From IMG/VR virus record IMGVR_UViG_3300031857_000057, positions 39,519 to 103,518 of that record: a stretch of 64,000 bases of DNA; one strand, given 5' to 3'. This document shows, piece by piece, positions 30,119 to 39,951 of this stretch. Under the pieces are notes generated by a model. It had not been told where the DNA came from. It ran no database searches and saw nothing but the letters and a program-made list of their open reading frames with translations. The translations under genes were made by a program, and so were the position numbers. Position 1 is the stretch's first letter; the number at the start of each line of letters is the position of its first letter. The stretch is from a virus.

Positions 30119-30907
30119 ATGGAAACCTATCGCATAGAGTTTACTAGTATAGAGGATATAGAGTATAATTTTGATTTTTATAAAAATCTTTTTTTGCAGC
30201 ATAAGGTTATAGCATTTAACGGTGCAAACTTATCAAAAAACAACCATGACAAATTGCATACGATGCTAAAAGAAAAATTTGGTTGTATGGATATTAATAC
30301 AGAATATGTAGAAAATCATGCTGCTAGTACTAGGAGAGAAACTTGCGGCCCAGACGATGTAATGCTTGACTGGCATGTAGAACACCCATATTATAAAGTT
30401 CCAATAGTATTCTCAACGTGGAATATGCATAAGTTTACAACTGATTCAGAAAATGGAAAAACATATTTTGTTGATATGGAGCTTTTATTTAATAGCCTGT
30501 CTGAAGAAGATCAAGACTTTTTAAAAAAATGTATAGAAGAAAATAAATTAGATGCATCTGATAATGTTAAAAATATTCATGGGGTAATAGGATATCACTG
30601 GCTTAATCATAATCCAGTAATTAGAACAGCATGGCTAATGGATGCTAAAGCTAATACAGAATTAAAAACTTTTGATGGAAATGAACCAACCTTAGATCAA
30701 ATAAATAAATATAAAAATCTTATAAAATTAATTAGAGATAAAGTTTTAAATGATTTAGATATAAGGATTGTACATAAATGGAAACAAGGAGACCTCCTTA
30801 TGGTTGATATTTATAAAATGTGTCATGCTGTAACTGGAGGATTTGATCCAAAAGATAGAGAGTTCACTGGCATGTGGGGATACTTAGATTTTCCAGGAAA
30901 TAACTAA
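30119..30907 (+). CDS. TauD/TfdA-family 2OG-Fe(II) dioxygenase
   Basis: WHVE, GKTYFVD, HKWKQGDLLMVD...H. Confidence 0.75.
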   Translation: METYRIEFTSIEDIEYNFDFYKNLFLQHKVIAFNGANLSKNNHDKLHTMLKEKFGCMDINTEYVENHAASTRRETCGPDDVMLDWHVEHPYYKVPIVFSTWNMHKFTTDSENGKTYFVDMELLFNSLSEEDQDFLKKCIEENKLDASDNVKNIHGVIGYHWLNHNPVIRTAWLMDAKANTELKTFDGNEPTLDQINKYKNLIKLIRDKVLNDLDIRIVHKWKQGDLLMVDIYKMCHAVTGGFDPKDREFTGMWGYLDFPGNN

Positions 30908-30921
30908 CAGAAAGGTCAAAT

Positions 30922-31167
30922 ATGGAAAACATAAAAGAGGAAAAGCGGGATTGGGTTCTTGGTGTAAATGATAGATGCGACAAGTGTAATGCTCAGGCTT
31001 TTGTCAAAGTTGTAGGGGTTACAGGAGAACTTCTTTTTTGTTCTCATGACTATAATGCAATTATGGATAATGCTGTTGGCTATGATGCAATGACAAAATT
31101 TGCCTATGAAATTATTGATGAAAGAGAAAAGTTAAATGAAAATAGACTCATTGGGAGTGCAAATTGA
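30922..31167 (+). CDS. Small zinc-binding actinobacterial-type protein
   Basis: DRCDKC...LLFCSH; ACAGAAAGG RBS. Confidence 0.6.
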   Translation: MENIKEEKRDWVLGVNDRCDKCNAQAFVKVVGVTGELLFCSHDYNAIMDNAVGYDAMTKFAYEIIDEREKLNENRLIGSAN

Positions 31168-31418
31168 TTAGGCATGCATTTTATTTTACTGCAGATTGGT
31201 GTGGCCCTTGTAAAAAAATACGACCTATTGTTGAAGAAATAAATAGGGATAGTGCCACCAAGTTTACAATTATAGATGTAGATGAAAATATGAGTTTATG
31301 TCAAGTATATTCTGTTACATCTGTACCAACTTTTATATTTATTGAAGATGCAAAAGAAATTAAAAGAATGTCTGGTGCAAAAACAAAACAAGAACTTGAG
31401 GACTTTTTAAATGGATGA
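31164..31418 (+). CDS. trxA: Thioredoxin
   Basis: WCGPC, SVPTF. Confidence 0.9.
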   Translation: MIRHAFYFTADWCGPCKKIRPIVEEINRDSATKFTIIDVDENMSLCQVYSVTSVPTFIFIEDAKEIKRMSGAKTKQELEDFLNG

Positions 31419-31740
31419 GGCAGAAGAAAAATTAATGCAAGATCTAATTTTAAAGGGTGCAATTGAGTTTGCAGGCATTGATTCTGAAACTGGAGAAATG
31501 TTATATACTTTTTCTAATAAGATTAAAGATGTAATGCCAGAGCTTTATGAAATACATTTGTCAACTATCAATAAAGATATTATGTATTTTTGGGAAAAGG
31601 GCTTTGTAAATATGGATCTTTTTTCAGATAACCCAGTTATTGCATTAACAGACAAGGCTTTTAATGATACAGAAATTGAAAAACTTGATGTTGATAAAAA
31701 AAGATCTTTAAAAGAAATAAAAAGAATTGTTATTGCTTAG
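31411..31740 (+). CDS. Hypothetical protein
   Basis: 109 aa ORF in operon. Confidence 0.5.
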   Translation: MDEAEEKLMQDLILKGAIEFAGIDSETGEMLYTFSNKIKDVMPELYEIHLSTINKDIMYFWEKGFVNMDLFSDNPVIALTDKAFNDTEIEKLDVDKKRSLKEIKRIVIA

Positions 31741-31757
31741 TCTGGTATAATCACATT

Positions 31758-32168
31758 ATGCTTGATCCATATTTATTAAGCTTGACATTGATAGCAGTTT
31801 GCTATATAATTTATAAACAATCAAGAACAAAAAAAAGTAAATACAGACAAAGCGATATACATCAAGTAGTAAAAAACATATTGCAGCCAAGAAATGATGA
31901 TCATCCATCTAGACCTTCTCAATCAGAAAAACATGCTGAAAAGCATAGTTTAAAGGTTATATTTGTAGATGGCAAAGCATATTGGGTAAACAATAATACT
32001 TTTTATTGTGCAGATGTTAATAACGGTAATGTTGATACAGAATCAGCGGTACCAGTAGATGTGTATAGTCTTGACAAAGTGGGTATAAATAGGCTATTAT
32101 TTATACTAGACAAATTGGGTGATGGGAGCAACAATGATAGTGGCGGTTCAGGGGACCAGAGACTTTGA
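31758..32168 (+). CDS. Membrane-anchored hypothetical protein
   Basis: N-terminal TM helix; leaderless start. Confidence 0.5.
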   Translation: MLDPYLLSLTLIAVCYIIYKQSRTKKSKYRQSDIHQVVKNILQPRNDDHPSRPSQSEKHAEKHSLKVIFVDGKAYWVNNNTFYCADVNNGNVDTESAVPVDVYSLDKVGINRLLFILDKLGDGSNNDSGGSGDQRL

Positions 32169-32484
32169 CGACTACAAAATCTTTCTTCGTGCTATGGCTG
32201 TTGCCTTATCTACAATGCCGAAAGAAGATAATGAGTTCTTAATTTATTCAGCTGGTCCAGCAAAAGTTAACTCCATGGTCTCTGAGTTTACAAATGTATC
32301 TGAAAGAGGCATGAAGTCTAGAGGTAAAAAAATTAAATTCTTCAAGGTGCCTTCTTCGTTTTTAGAAGAAAACATAGATAGTATTAACTATCTTGCATTC
32401 TTAAGTAAACCTAAAGAACCCGTCTCAAAGTTAGTAGCGGAAGCCGAACTCAAAAATATTGAAGTCGGAATATATAGATACTGA
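32134..32484 (+). CDS. SLOG/YspA-like protein
   Basis: IVAVQGTRDFDDY N-terminal pattern. Confidence 0.5.
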   Translation: MIVAVQGTRDFDDYKIFLRAMAVALSTMPKEDNEFLIYSAGPAKVNSMVSEFTNVSERGMKSRGKKIKFFKVPSSFLEENIDSINYLAFLSKPKEPVSKLVAEAELKNIEVGIYRY

Positions 32485-32491
32485 GGATAAT

Positions 32492-32701
32492 ATGTTAATA
32501 AATAAATTAGAAACAATGGAATCTATTGTAAAGAAGAATAAAAATTTGCGATGGGATGGCTGGGATATTCTTGATTTAAAAAGATCTGAGGCAGCCAGAA
32601 CTTCTCCTAATGGTATACGAATCAATAATGAATGGTATTTGCATAGAAGGTATTTGCTTGGTCATAAAGGCTGGGATATTCCAAATAAATATAGGTCGTA
32701 A
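32492..32701 (+). CDS. Hypothetical protein
   Basis: GAGG RBS; WDGWD motif. Confidence 0.5.
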   Translation: MLINKLETMESIVKKNKNLRWDGWDILDLKRSEAARTSPNGIRINNEWYLHRRYLLGHKGWDIPNKYRS

Positions 32702-32703
32702 TC

Positions 32704-32991
32704 ATGAAACAACACTTATGGAAAGATAAAGGTCTTTGCGTTAACTTAGATACAAATCTTTATTTTGATTTGTATGAAGATGATGAATCAGTAAGGCCAA
32801 TGGTTGATAGTCTTTGTGGCAAGTGTCCAGTTGCAAAGACATGTTTTGCAAACGGTATATCTGGTAAAGAATGGGGTGTATGGGGCGGAGTTTATTTAGA
32901 AAATGGAGAAATATCAAGAGAGTTTTCTAAACATAGATCTAAGCTTCAATGGGGAGACCTTTGGAAAAATTTGACAACAGAAAGTCAATAG
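32704..32991 (+). CDS. whiB: WhiB-family Fe-S transcription factor
   Basis: C...CGKCPVAKTC and GVWGG. Confidence 0.9.
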   Translation: MKQHLWKDKGLCVNLDTNLYFDLYEDDESVRPMVDSLCGKCPVAKTCFANGISGKEWGVWGGVYLENGEISREFSKHRSKLQWGDLWKNLTTESQ

Positions 32992-32995
32992 TTAT

Positions 32996-33226
32996 ATGTA
33001 TACAGATACTATGCGTAGGGCATTTCATTCTATAGAGGCCCCGTCATATTTTTCTATATCTTTAGTTGACAATGATCACTTCCTTACGATAAAATTGGAT
33101 GAAAGGTCATTCATTCCGTTAAACCATGATCAGAAAGTAGAAGCAGTGAAGTACGTATCTATGGTAAAAAAAGCATTAGAGATGGAAGGCGCAATAGTTT
33201 TAGTTACAAGGGAGCCACTTCAATAA
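32996..33226 (+). CDS. Hypothetical protein
   Basis: 76 aa ORF in operon. Confidence 0.5.
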   Translation: MYTDTMRRAFHSIEAPSYFSISLVDNDHFLTIKLDERSFIPLNHDQKVEAVKYVSMVKKALEMEGAIVLVTREPLQ

Positions 33227-33723
33227 TGCAAACATTTTTACCATATACAAATACTTTAGATGCTGCTCATGCATTAGATAATAAAAGACTTAATAAGCAA
33301 ATTCTTGAATGCTATCAAATATTAAATGTCCTGTCTGGCAGATCCAAGGGTAATGGGTGGAAGAATCATCCAGCAGTATTAATGTGGAAAGGTTATGAGA
33401 TGGGGCTATGGAACTATGTTATGTCTATGGTGAATGTAGCATCACTTCGGGGCATCAAAACAGAGAATAACGTTAAGAATCTTAATGCTTTATATGAAGA
33501 ATGCCACGAAGATTGGGGCAACGAGCATCCTGCATTTTGGCGGGATGAAAATAAAGTAATGCGTATTATTACTACTCATCGTGCCAATCTTTTTAGAAAA
33601 GATCCTATATATTATGTGAAGTATCAATATGCGGTAGATAGTCCATACAATGCCCCATGCTGTCCAGATCGTAAACAGCCATGCCAGTATTACTGGCCCA
33701 CACATCAGAGCGAGTTGGTATAA
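33226..33723 (+). CDS. Pyrimidine-dimer DNA glycosylase (DenV-like) family protein
   Basis: MQTFLPY...LDNKRLNKQILECYQI...HPAVLMW...YYWP. Confidence 0.8.
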   Translation: MQTFLPYTNTLDAAHALDNKRLNKQILECYQILNVLSGRSKGNGWKNHPAVLMWKGYEMGLWNYVMSMVNVASLRGIKTENNVKNLNALYEECHEDWGNEHPAFWRDENKVMRIITTHRANLFRKDPIYYVKYQYAVDSPYNAPCCPDRKQPCQYYWPTHQSELV

Positions 33724-33726
33724 TAG

Positions 33727-34131
33727 ATGAACATGCTATCTATATCTCTTGCAACAATTGCTCTTGTGTCTACTACAGCATATATTTTTTCTGCTATTAA
33801 GATTATGAAAATGTCAAAAGATTTATTAGAAGTAACAGAGCTATATAATAATTTAGAACAAGTTGTTATGACTGAATCAAATACAGATGGTATTGATTTA
33901 CACACACAAAACTTTATTAAATTTTTATCTGATTCTCGTGAGATGGCCTTTGAATATATTGATCAGGCACAAGAAGAAATTAAAAGATTCATAGATATAG
34001 CTGATAAAGAATTAGCCTTTTTTGATAGCTATGGAGCGTTAACAGAAGGTCATCTATATTATGAAAATCTAAAAGTTATTTCTGAAGAATACAAAAAGCT
34101 TAAGACTTTATTACCAGAGGAATCAAAGTAG
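33727..34131 (+). CDS. Membrane-anchored hypothetical protein
   Basis: N-terminal TM helix; FIKFLSDSRE.AFEYI. Confidence 0.5.
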   Translation: MNMLSISLATIALVSTTAYIFSAIKIMKMSKDLLEVTELYNNLEQVVMTESNTDGIDLHTQNFIKFLSDSREMAFEYIDQAQEEIKRFIDIADKELAFFDSYGALTEGHLYYENLKVISEEYKKLKTLLPEESK

Positions 34132-34973
34132 TGAACTTCTATTTTTTTAATTCACACATAGAAGATATTGAAGAGTTAAAGGCTCATAAATTTTATGGCG
34201 GTTTATTTATATATGATGTGCCACTTGGTGATAGATTTACTAAGATAGCCAGAATTATTGATTCAGATATTGAAATGAGATATCTTGTTGCAATCAGGCC
34301 TTATGTTGTTTCTCCACAATATCTTTGCATGCTTTACAATTCAGTTAATGGTATGCATCCTGGAAGACTTCAAATCAACATTGTTACTGGTAGTGGGGAT
34401 ATACAAAGAGAAGTAAAAAGAGCTAGCACAGAATACTTAATGAATGAAAATAAAGATTTTGGTGGCATACTTGGGCCAGTAACAGATCTTTCATCAAACA
34501 TTGATAGGTCAAACTATCTTATAGAATATGTTGATATGTTAAATACTCTTAACACAAATTTGCCAGATTTTTATGTATCTGTTACAAATGAATATGTTTT
34601 TAATGTTGCTAAAAGAAATCAAAATAAAATAATTATTCCCTACGCTATGTATAAATATAACAAGTTTGATATATCAGATATGAATACAATGGTAGCCATA
34701 AAGCCTATTTTAAGAGAAACAGAAGAAGAACTTGATCAACTACCAAAGCCTACGGGGATCTGGAATAAATATCATGGTCAATATGATAGAAAAGATTATG
34801 ATTATTTTACCTATTCTGAATTTTCCGACTTGATGGACACCTTTAAGGCAAATGGCATAAACGAAGTTCTTATATCAAGCTGTAAAATTGAAGATATTTA
34901 TAATCCCCCCACCATAGAAAGGTTTCATGTAATGAATTTTGTAAAACAATATAACAGCAAAGGTGGTTTATAA
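34131..34973 (+). CDS. Divergent luciferase-like (LLM/SsuD-like) protein, copy 1
   Basis: YLVAIRPYVVSP...GRLQINIVTG resembles the SsuD core. Confidence 0.6.
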   Translation: MNFYFFNSHIEDIEELKAHKFYGGLFIYDVPLGDRFTKIARIIDSDIEMRYLVAIRPYVVSPQYLCMLYNSVNGMHPGRLQINIVTGSGDIQREVKRASTEYLMNENKDFGGILGPVTDLSSNIDRSNYLIEYVDMLNTLNTNLPDFYVSVTNEYVFNVAKRNQNKIIIPYAMYKYNKFDISDMNTMVAIKPILRETEEELDQLPKPTGIWNKYHGQYDRKDYDYFTYSEFSDLMDTFKANGINEVLISSCKIEDIYNPPTIERFHVMNFVKQYNSKGGL

Positions 34974-34975
34974 TA

Positions 34976-35788
34976 ATGGACTTTTATTATTTTGGCGGTC
35001 ATATCGGAAGCAGTTTAATGAAAGATCTTGATGATGCAAATTTTACTGGGGTATTGTTTACTTATGATGCAATGCAAGGAGATTTTTTTACGAGGTTAGC
35101 TAGAGATATTAAGCATGATCAAAAAATTAAATATATGATTGCTATTAGACCCTATGCCATATCACCTCAATATTTGTGTATGGTCAATCAATCAATCAAT
35201 GAAATTATGCCAGACAGACTACAGATTAATTTAATCTCTGGTCATGTCAAGCCTCATGAGCAATCAGTCGGAGGAATACTTGGCGATATAAATGACTCAT
35301 CTTCTAATATTGATAGATCTAATTATTTAATTAAATATGTTGAAATGCTAGAAGAGTTAAGAAAAAATCCCAGGAATCAAATACCAGATTATTATGTATC
35401 TACAACAAACAGATTTGTATTTGATGCGTCTAGTGCCCTAAATAGCAAAATGATTATTGCCTATAGAAATTATAGACACGGATGCTGGGTCATAAGAAGC
35501 GAGTTTGACCAAATTTTAGAAAAGGGAGATCCATTTTCATTAGATGGAACAAGATCAATGATATCGCTTAGTCCAATTATTAGAAAAACTCAAGAAGAGA
35601 TTGACGTTCTTGATAAACCATATTTAACATATGATACTGATTATTTTACATATGAGCAGTTTGATGCTTTTGTTAAAAAACTTGAATCAGATGGTGTAAA
35701 AGAATTAATGCTTGGCGGATGGCCTGAATCAGAAAGAAACATTATTATTAAATTTGTAAAAGAGTATACAGAAAATAATAGGGGCTAA
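34976..35788 (+). CDS. Divergent luciferase-like (LLM/SsuD-like) protein, copy 2
   Basis: YMIAIRPYAISPQYLCM...DRLQINLISG; paralog of the previous gene (both share SSNIDRSNYLI). Confidence 0.6.
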   Translation: MDFYYFGGHIGSSLMKDLDDANFTGVLFTYDAMQGDFFTRLARDIKHDQKIKYMIAIRPYAISPQYLCMVNQSINEIMPDRLQINLISGHVKPHEQSVGGILGDINDSSSNIDRSNYLIKYVEMLEELRKNPRNQIPDYYVSTTNRFVFDASSALNSKMIIAYRNYRHGCWVIRSEFDQILEKGDPFSLDGTRSMISLSPIIRKTQEEIDVLDKPYLTYDTDYFTYEQFDAFVKKLESDGVKELMLGGWPESERNIIIKFVKEYTENNRG

Positions 35789-35796
35789 ATATAAAA

Positions 35797-36807
35797 ATGA
35801 AAAAGAATTCAGAATCTTTATGTTTTGATGATATTCTTCTACTTCCTGGTTATTCAAATGTAGAAAGTAGAAAAAATGTAGACCTTACAATGTATGGATA
35901 TTCTTTTCCAATAGTTGCATCTCCTATGGATACCGTTTGTGAATGGCAGATGGCTATTGAGATTGTAAATGAAGGCGGTATTGGAATTATTCATCGCTAT
36001 ATGGATACTGCTGAAAGACTATATCAGATTGAAAATGTATCTATTTCGGCACACAATAAAGATGGCATTGGTGTTGCGTTATCCTCATTAGAATGTTTTG
36101 ATACTCAGTTTATTGATGATGCTGTTGATCTTGGATGTAATTGGTTTTGTATTGATACCGCTAATGGTCATGGTGAAGCTGCCATTCGTGCTACCCAGCA
36201 TTTAAGAGCTTACTATCCTGGAATCAACATCATGGTTGGAAATGTTGCAACAGCAGAAGGTTATGCAAGATTAGCAGATGTTGGTGCTGATGCAGTAAGA
36301 GTTGGCATTGGTGGTGGTGCGACCTGCATAACTAGGATTGTTTCTGGTCACGGCATGCCAACTTTGCAGTCCGTTATGGATGCCTACGAGTATAAGATTA
36401 ATAATAATATTAAAACATTAATTGTTGCTGATGGTGGACTACGAACTTCTGGAGACATCGTAAAAGCCTTTGCAGCAGGCGCAGATTTGGTGATGCTTGG
36501 ATCTATGCTAGCGGGCACAGAAGAGGCTCCAGGAAAGCTTATAGATGGCTTTAAAGAGCTTCGTGGCATGGCTAGTGGAGAGGCACAGATGAGCTGGAAA
36601 GGTGAGATCTCGGTTGTTGAGGGAGTCTCTGCAAAAATAAAATATAAAGGTTTTGTTCAAGATATATTTAATCAAATTAAAGGTGGTATTGGTAGTGGAT
36701 GTTCCTATTCTGGGGTATCTAAACTATCAGAGTTGGCAGAAAATTCTGAATATACTTTGGTGTCTCAGGCATCATTATCAGAATCAAAGCCACATGCTAT
36801 AATGTAA
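35797..36807 (+). CDS. guaB: IMP dehydrogenase / GMP reductase family, no CBS domain
   Basis: FDDILLLP, ASPMDTV, DTANGH, GNVAT, GIGGGATCITR, ADGG, RGMAS, EG. Confidence 0.88.
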   Translation: MKKNSESLCFDDILLLPGYSNVESRKNVDLTMYGYSFPIVASPMDTVCEWQMAIEIVNEGGIGIIHRYMDTAERLYQIENVSISAHNKDGIGVALSSLECFDTQFIDDAVDLGCNWFCIDTANGHGEAAIRATQHLRAYYPGINIMVGNVATAEGYARLADVGADAVRVGIGGGATCITRIVSGHGMPTLQSVMDAYEYKINNNIKTLIVADGGLRTSGDIVKAFAAGADLVMLGSMLAGTEEAPGKLIDGFKELRGMASGEAQMSWKGEISVVEGVSAKIKYKGFVQDIFNQIKGGIGSGCSYSGVSKLSELAENSEYTLVSQASLSESKPHAIM

Positions 36808-36832
36808 ATGGTTTCTATCCTAGGAGGAAATA

Positions 36833-37201
36833 ATGAAACTTAACAAGAAGCATAAGGCAATGCTTGCATCGTATGGACGATCAGTTCTTGGTGCAGTGGC
36901 TGCTCTTTATATTGCTGGAGTTACAGATCCAAAGGAGTTGTGGGCTGCATTAGTTGCTGCCCTAGCGCCTGTGGCCCTTCGTGCAATCAATCCAAACGAC
37001 GCAGCATTTGGTCGTCTTCCAAAGGCAAGCGTTATAGAAGATGCTCTGAAGAAGGTAAAGGCACCAGCTAAGAAGCAGGATACTTCTTTAACTAAAACAG
37101 AAGAAAAGTTGTTCGGAATTACAAATGAACAACTTGATAAAAGTAAGAAGAAGACTGCAGCCAAGAAGGTTGCTAAAAAGGCAGTAAAGAAAAAGAAGTA
37201 A
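36833..37201 (+). CDS. Holin-like membrane protein with Lys-rich tail
   Basis: Two TM helices (SYGRSVLGAVAALY...ALRAINPND) and a basic C-terminus. Confidence 0.5.
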   Translation: MKLNKKHKAMLASYGRSVLGAVAALYIAGVTDPKELWAALVAALAPVALRAINPNDAAFGRLPKASVIEDALKKVKAPAKKQDTSLTKTEEKLFGITNEQLDKSKKKTAAKKVAKKAVKKKK

Positions 37202-37208
37202 AAGGATT

Positions 37209-37235
37209 AGGGGGGTAACAAATTGCCCCCCTTTT
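37209..37235 (+). terminator. Intrinsic terminator
   Basis: GGGGGGTAA-CAAA-TTGCCCCCC then TTTT. Confidence 0.8.
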
Positions 37236-37236
37236 C

Positions 37237-37965
37237 ATGATTATGAATATATTATATGAAAAACAAATAAAACCAAAATCTAAAACAGCACTGATAATGT
37301 GCACCTATAAAAGATTTAGGAATTTGCCACAAACCTATAAAGATTTATCAAACCAAACAAATAAAGATTTTGATTTTTATATATGTGATAATTCAGGAGC
37401 AAATCCTAAACTTTTAAAAATAATAAATAGATACCAGTCACACATAACCTATAATTTATTTGTTAAAGAGTATTGGAATCAATACAGTATATTTGGTAGG
37501 TTTTATTTAGCAAGAGATTTGGCAAATGAGGGATATGAAAAAATTATATTCATAGATGATGATCAAAATATACCGCCAGATTTTATTCAAGACTGTTATA
37601 ATCAATATGATGAAAATATAGTAAAATCATTTTATGCTCATATGATAATAGGAGATTATTGGAAAAAAGAAATGCTTGATCCATATGAGGAAGGCAACTA
37701 CGTTGGTGGAGGAGGGCTACTATGTAATGCATCCATATTCTTAGATGATAATTTGTTTAGTTGCCCAGAAGAGTACTGGGTATTGGATGATTTGTGGTTC
37801 TCATATTATATAGCTAACTTTACAAATTATAAAATGAAAAAACTCAATACTCACATAACTTTTATAAAAGATAGTTTAGCAACAGCAAAAAATTTAAAAA
37901 AAGAAAAGGTAGATTTTACAAATAAATATATTATAAATAAAAAGTTGGTTAAAAATGATAATTGA
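37237..37965 (+). CDS. GT-A fold glycosyltransferase (GT2-like)
   Basis: MCTYKR, ICDNS, FIDDD, DDLW. Confidence 0.75.
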   Translation: MIMNILYEKQIKPKSKTALIMCTYKRFRNLPQTYKDLSNQTNKDFDFYICDNSGANPKLLKIINRYQSHITYNLFVKEYWNQYSIFGRFYLARDLANEGYEKIIFIDDDQNIPPDFIQDCYNQYDENIVKSFYAHMIIGDYWKKEMLDPYEEGNYVGGGGLLCNASIFLDDNLFSCPEEYWVLDDLWFSYYIANFTNYKMKKLNTHITFIKDSLATAKNLKKEKVDFTNKYIINKKLVKNDN

Positions 37966-38560
37966 TCTAAGAGATATAGATACTTATTACATCAACATAG
38001 CCAAGCATAAAGAAAAAAATAACTCAATGATTGATCTTGGCAATAATTTTGGTTTTAAAAATTATAATAGAATTAATGCTGTTTATAATCCTGAAAATCC
38101 TATAACAGGATGTGCTTCTTCTCATTACAACATACTAAAAGATTTAAAAAAAGAAACAATAATTTTAGAAGATGATTGTATTATAAAAAATAATCAACCA
38201 ATAATTAAAGTGCCAAACGATGCCGATGCAGTCTATCTTGGGCTATCCCAATGGGGGTATAGAGATGATATATCAAAACCAAAAAATTTTGATTTTAAAA
38301 AACATGAAAATGTAAGAAGCGTATATAAAATTAGCTCAATGTTGTCAACTCATGCTATTCTTTATATAAATAAAGAATATATGGATGCTTGTGCAAGAGT
38401 TGCTAAATATTCTATGGACAATGGCATACATATTGATCAAGGATTTGCTAGAATACAAAGATATTATAATGTGTACGCAGTGTCAGATCCAATATTTTAT
38501 CAAAACAGCAATAGGGCAGCAACTAATTTTAAATTCTCAAATAATAAGATTGTGATTTGA
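37955..38560 (+). CDS. GT25-like glycosyltransferase
   Basis: YYINI, GCASSH, ILEDD, THAILY, ID. Confidence 0.7.
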   Translation: MIIDLRDIDTYYINIAKHKEKNNSMIDLGNNFGFKNYNRINAVYNPENPITGCASSHYNILKDLKKETIILEDDCIIKNNQPIIKVPNDADAVYLGLSQWGYRDDISKPKNFDFKKHENVRSVYKISSMLSTHAILYINKEYMDACARVAKYSMDNGIHIDQGFARIQRYYNVYAVSDPIFYQNSNRAATNFKFSNNKIVI

Positions 38561-38562
38561 TT

Positions 38563-39276
38563 ATGGCAAACTTTGGATCTTTATGGGTTGGCAATAGTAT
38601 GACAAAGATACAGGAGATATCCTTGTCATCTTTTGTATACCATAAGCATAATTTAACTCTATATGTTTATGACTTGAACATGGAAGTTCCGAATGGAATA
38701 AAAAAAGAAGACGCTAGATCAATAATGGATGAGTCAGAATTATTTCTTGTACAAAATACTTATGCAGCTTTTTCTGATCTTTTTAGATATAGGATGATTA
38801 AAAAAACGGGATTAGCCTGGGTTGATGCAGATACCATATGTTTATCCTACGACTGGGATAACCTAGGTGATACATATGCATGTCTTGAAAATGAAACAGT
38901 AGTGGGTGGTGTTTTATCATTACCTCAAAATTCTCCAGCCCTTGAGTATTTAATTAAGAAATCAACAAAGTTTGATAAGACAAAAATTAAGTGGACTGAT
39001 GTTGGTCCAGCACTTGTAGACAAAGCTTTTAGAAAATTTAATTTAATGGATAGTGTTTATCCGATGGAAATGTTTTGCGGGATACATTGGTCACAATGGG
39101 AAAAATTATGGAATCCTAACAATCTAAAAGAAATTAAGCTATTAGAAAAAACATCAAAAAGTATTTCTGTATATCATTCAATGACAACTCGTGGCGGAAT
39201 AGATAAAAATTATATTCCACCAAAATCTGCAATGGAATATTTTTATGATAAGTTCGTAATGAGAAAATGGGGATAA
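38563..39276 (+). CDS. DXD glycosyltransferase (GT32-like)
   Basis: FSDLFRY...WVDAD...GPAL. Confidence 0.8.
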   Translation: MANFGSLWVGNSMTKIQEISLSSFVYHKHNLTLYVYDLNMEVPNGIKKEDARSIMDESELFLVQNTYAAFSDLFRYRMIKKTGLAWVDADTICLSYDWDNLGDTYACLENETVVGGVLSLPQNSPALEYLIKKSTKFDKTKIKWTDVGPALVDKAFRKFNLMDSVYPMEMFCGIHWSQWEKLWNPNNLKEIKLLEKTSKSISVYHSMTTRGGIDKNYIPPKSAMEYFYDKFVMRKWG

Positions 39277-39277
39277 C

Positions 39278-39925
39278 ATGAATAAAATAAGTATTGAGTA
39301 TGATAAGGGTGCCAACTTTTTATCTCATTTAATGAAAAATTATGGAAGCGATAAAGGATCTCCACACGAAGTAGATATTACTCCTTCAGGATGGATAGCT
39401 AATAGATATACCGATATTTATCATATCTTATTTGGAACAATTCGTGATAGCGCTCAGAAGATTTTTGAGTGCGGTATCGGAACAAATAATGAAGATGTTA
39501 AGTCTAACATGACATCTAATGGTAAGCCAGGGGCATCTTTGAGGGGATGGAGAGACTACTTTTGGAATGCTCAGATATATGGAGCAGACATAGACTCTAG
39601 AATATTGTTTGAAGAAGATAGAATTAAAACATACTATGTTGATCAAACTGATCCAGAATCAATTAAGACTATGTGGGAACAAATAGGCGAATCTGACTTT
39701 GATGTTATTTTAGACGATGGCTTACATGAGGCTCATGCCAACATAACCTTTCTTGAAAACTCCTGGGATAAGCTAAAACACAACGGTATTTATGTAATTG
39801 AAGATACCTACTATACCCATGAACCTATAAAGAAATATCTTAAAGATAATAAATATAACTTTATCTTAGTTACTTTTGATAATACCGCCAGCTATTGTTT
39901 TATTATATTTAAAACCACAGTTTAA
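39278..39925 (+). CDS. Class I SAM-dependent methyltransferase-like protein
   Basis: YGSDKG, FECGIG, GASLRGWRDYF, GADID, ILDDGLH, YVIED. Confidence 0.75.
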   Translation: MNKISIEYDKGANFLSHLMKNYGSDKGSPHEVDITPSGWIANRYTDIYHILFGTIRDSAQKIFECGIGTNNEDVKSNMTSNGKPGASLRGWRDYFWNAQIYGADIDSRILFEEDRIKTYYVDQTDPESIKTMWEQIGESDFDVILDDGLHEAHANITFLENSWDKLKHNGIYVIEDTYYTHEPIKKYLKDNKYNFILVTFDNTASYCFIIFKTTV

Positions 39926-39951
39926 AATAATAAATAGGGTATAATGTATAT

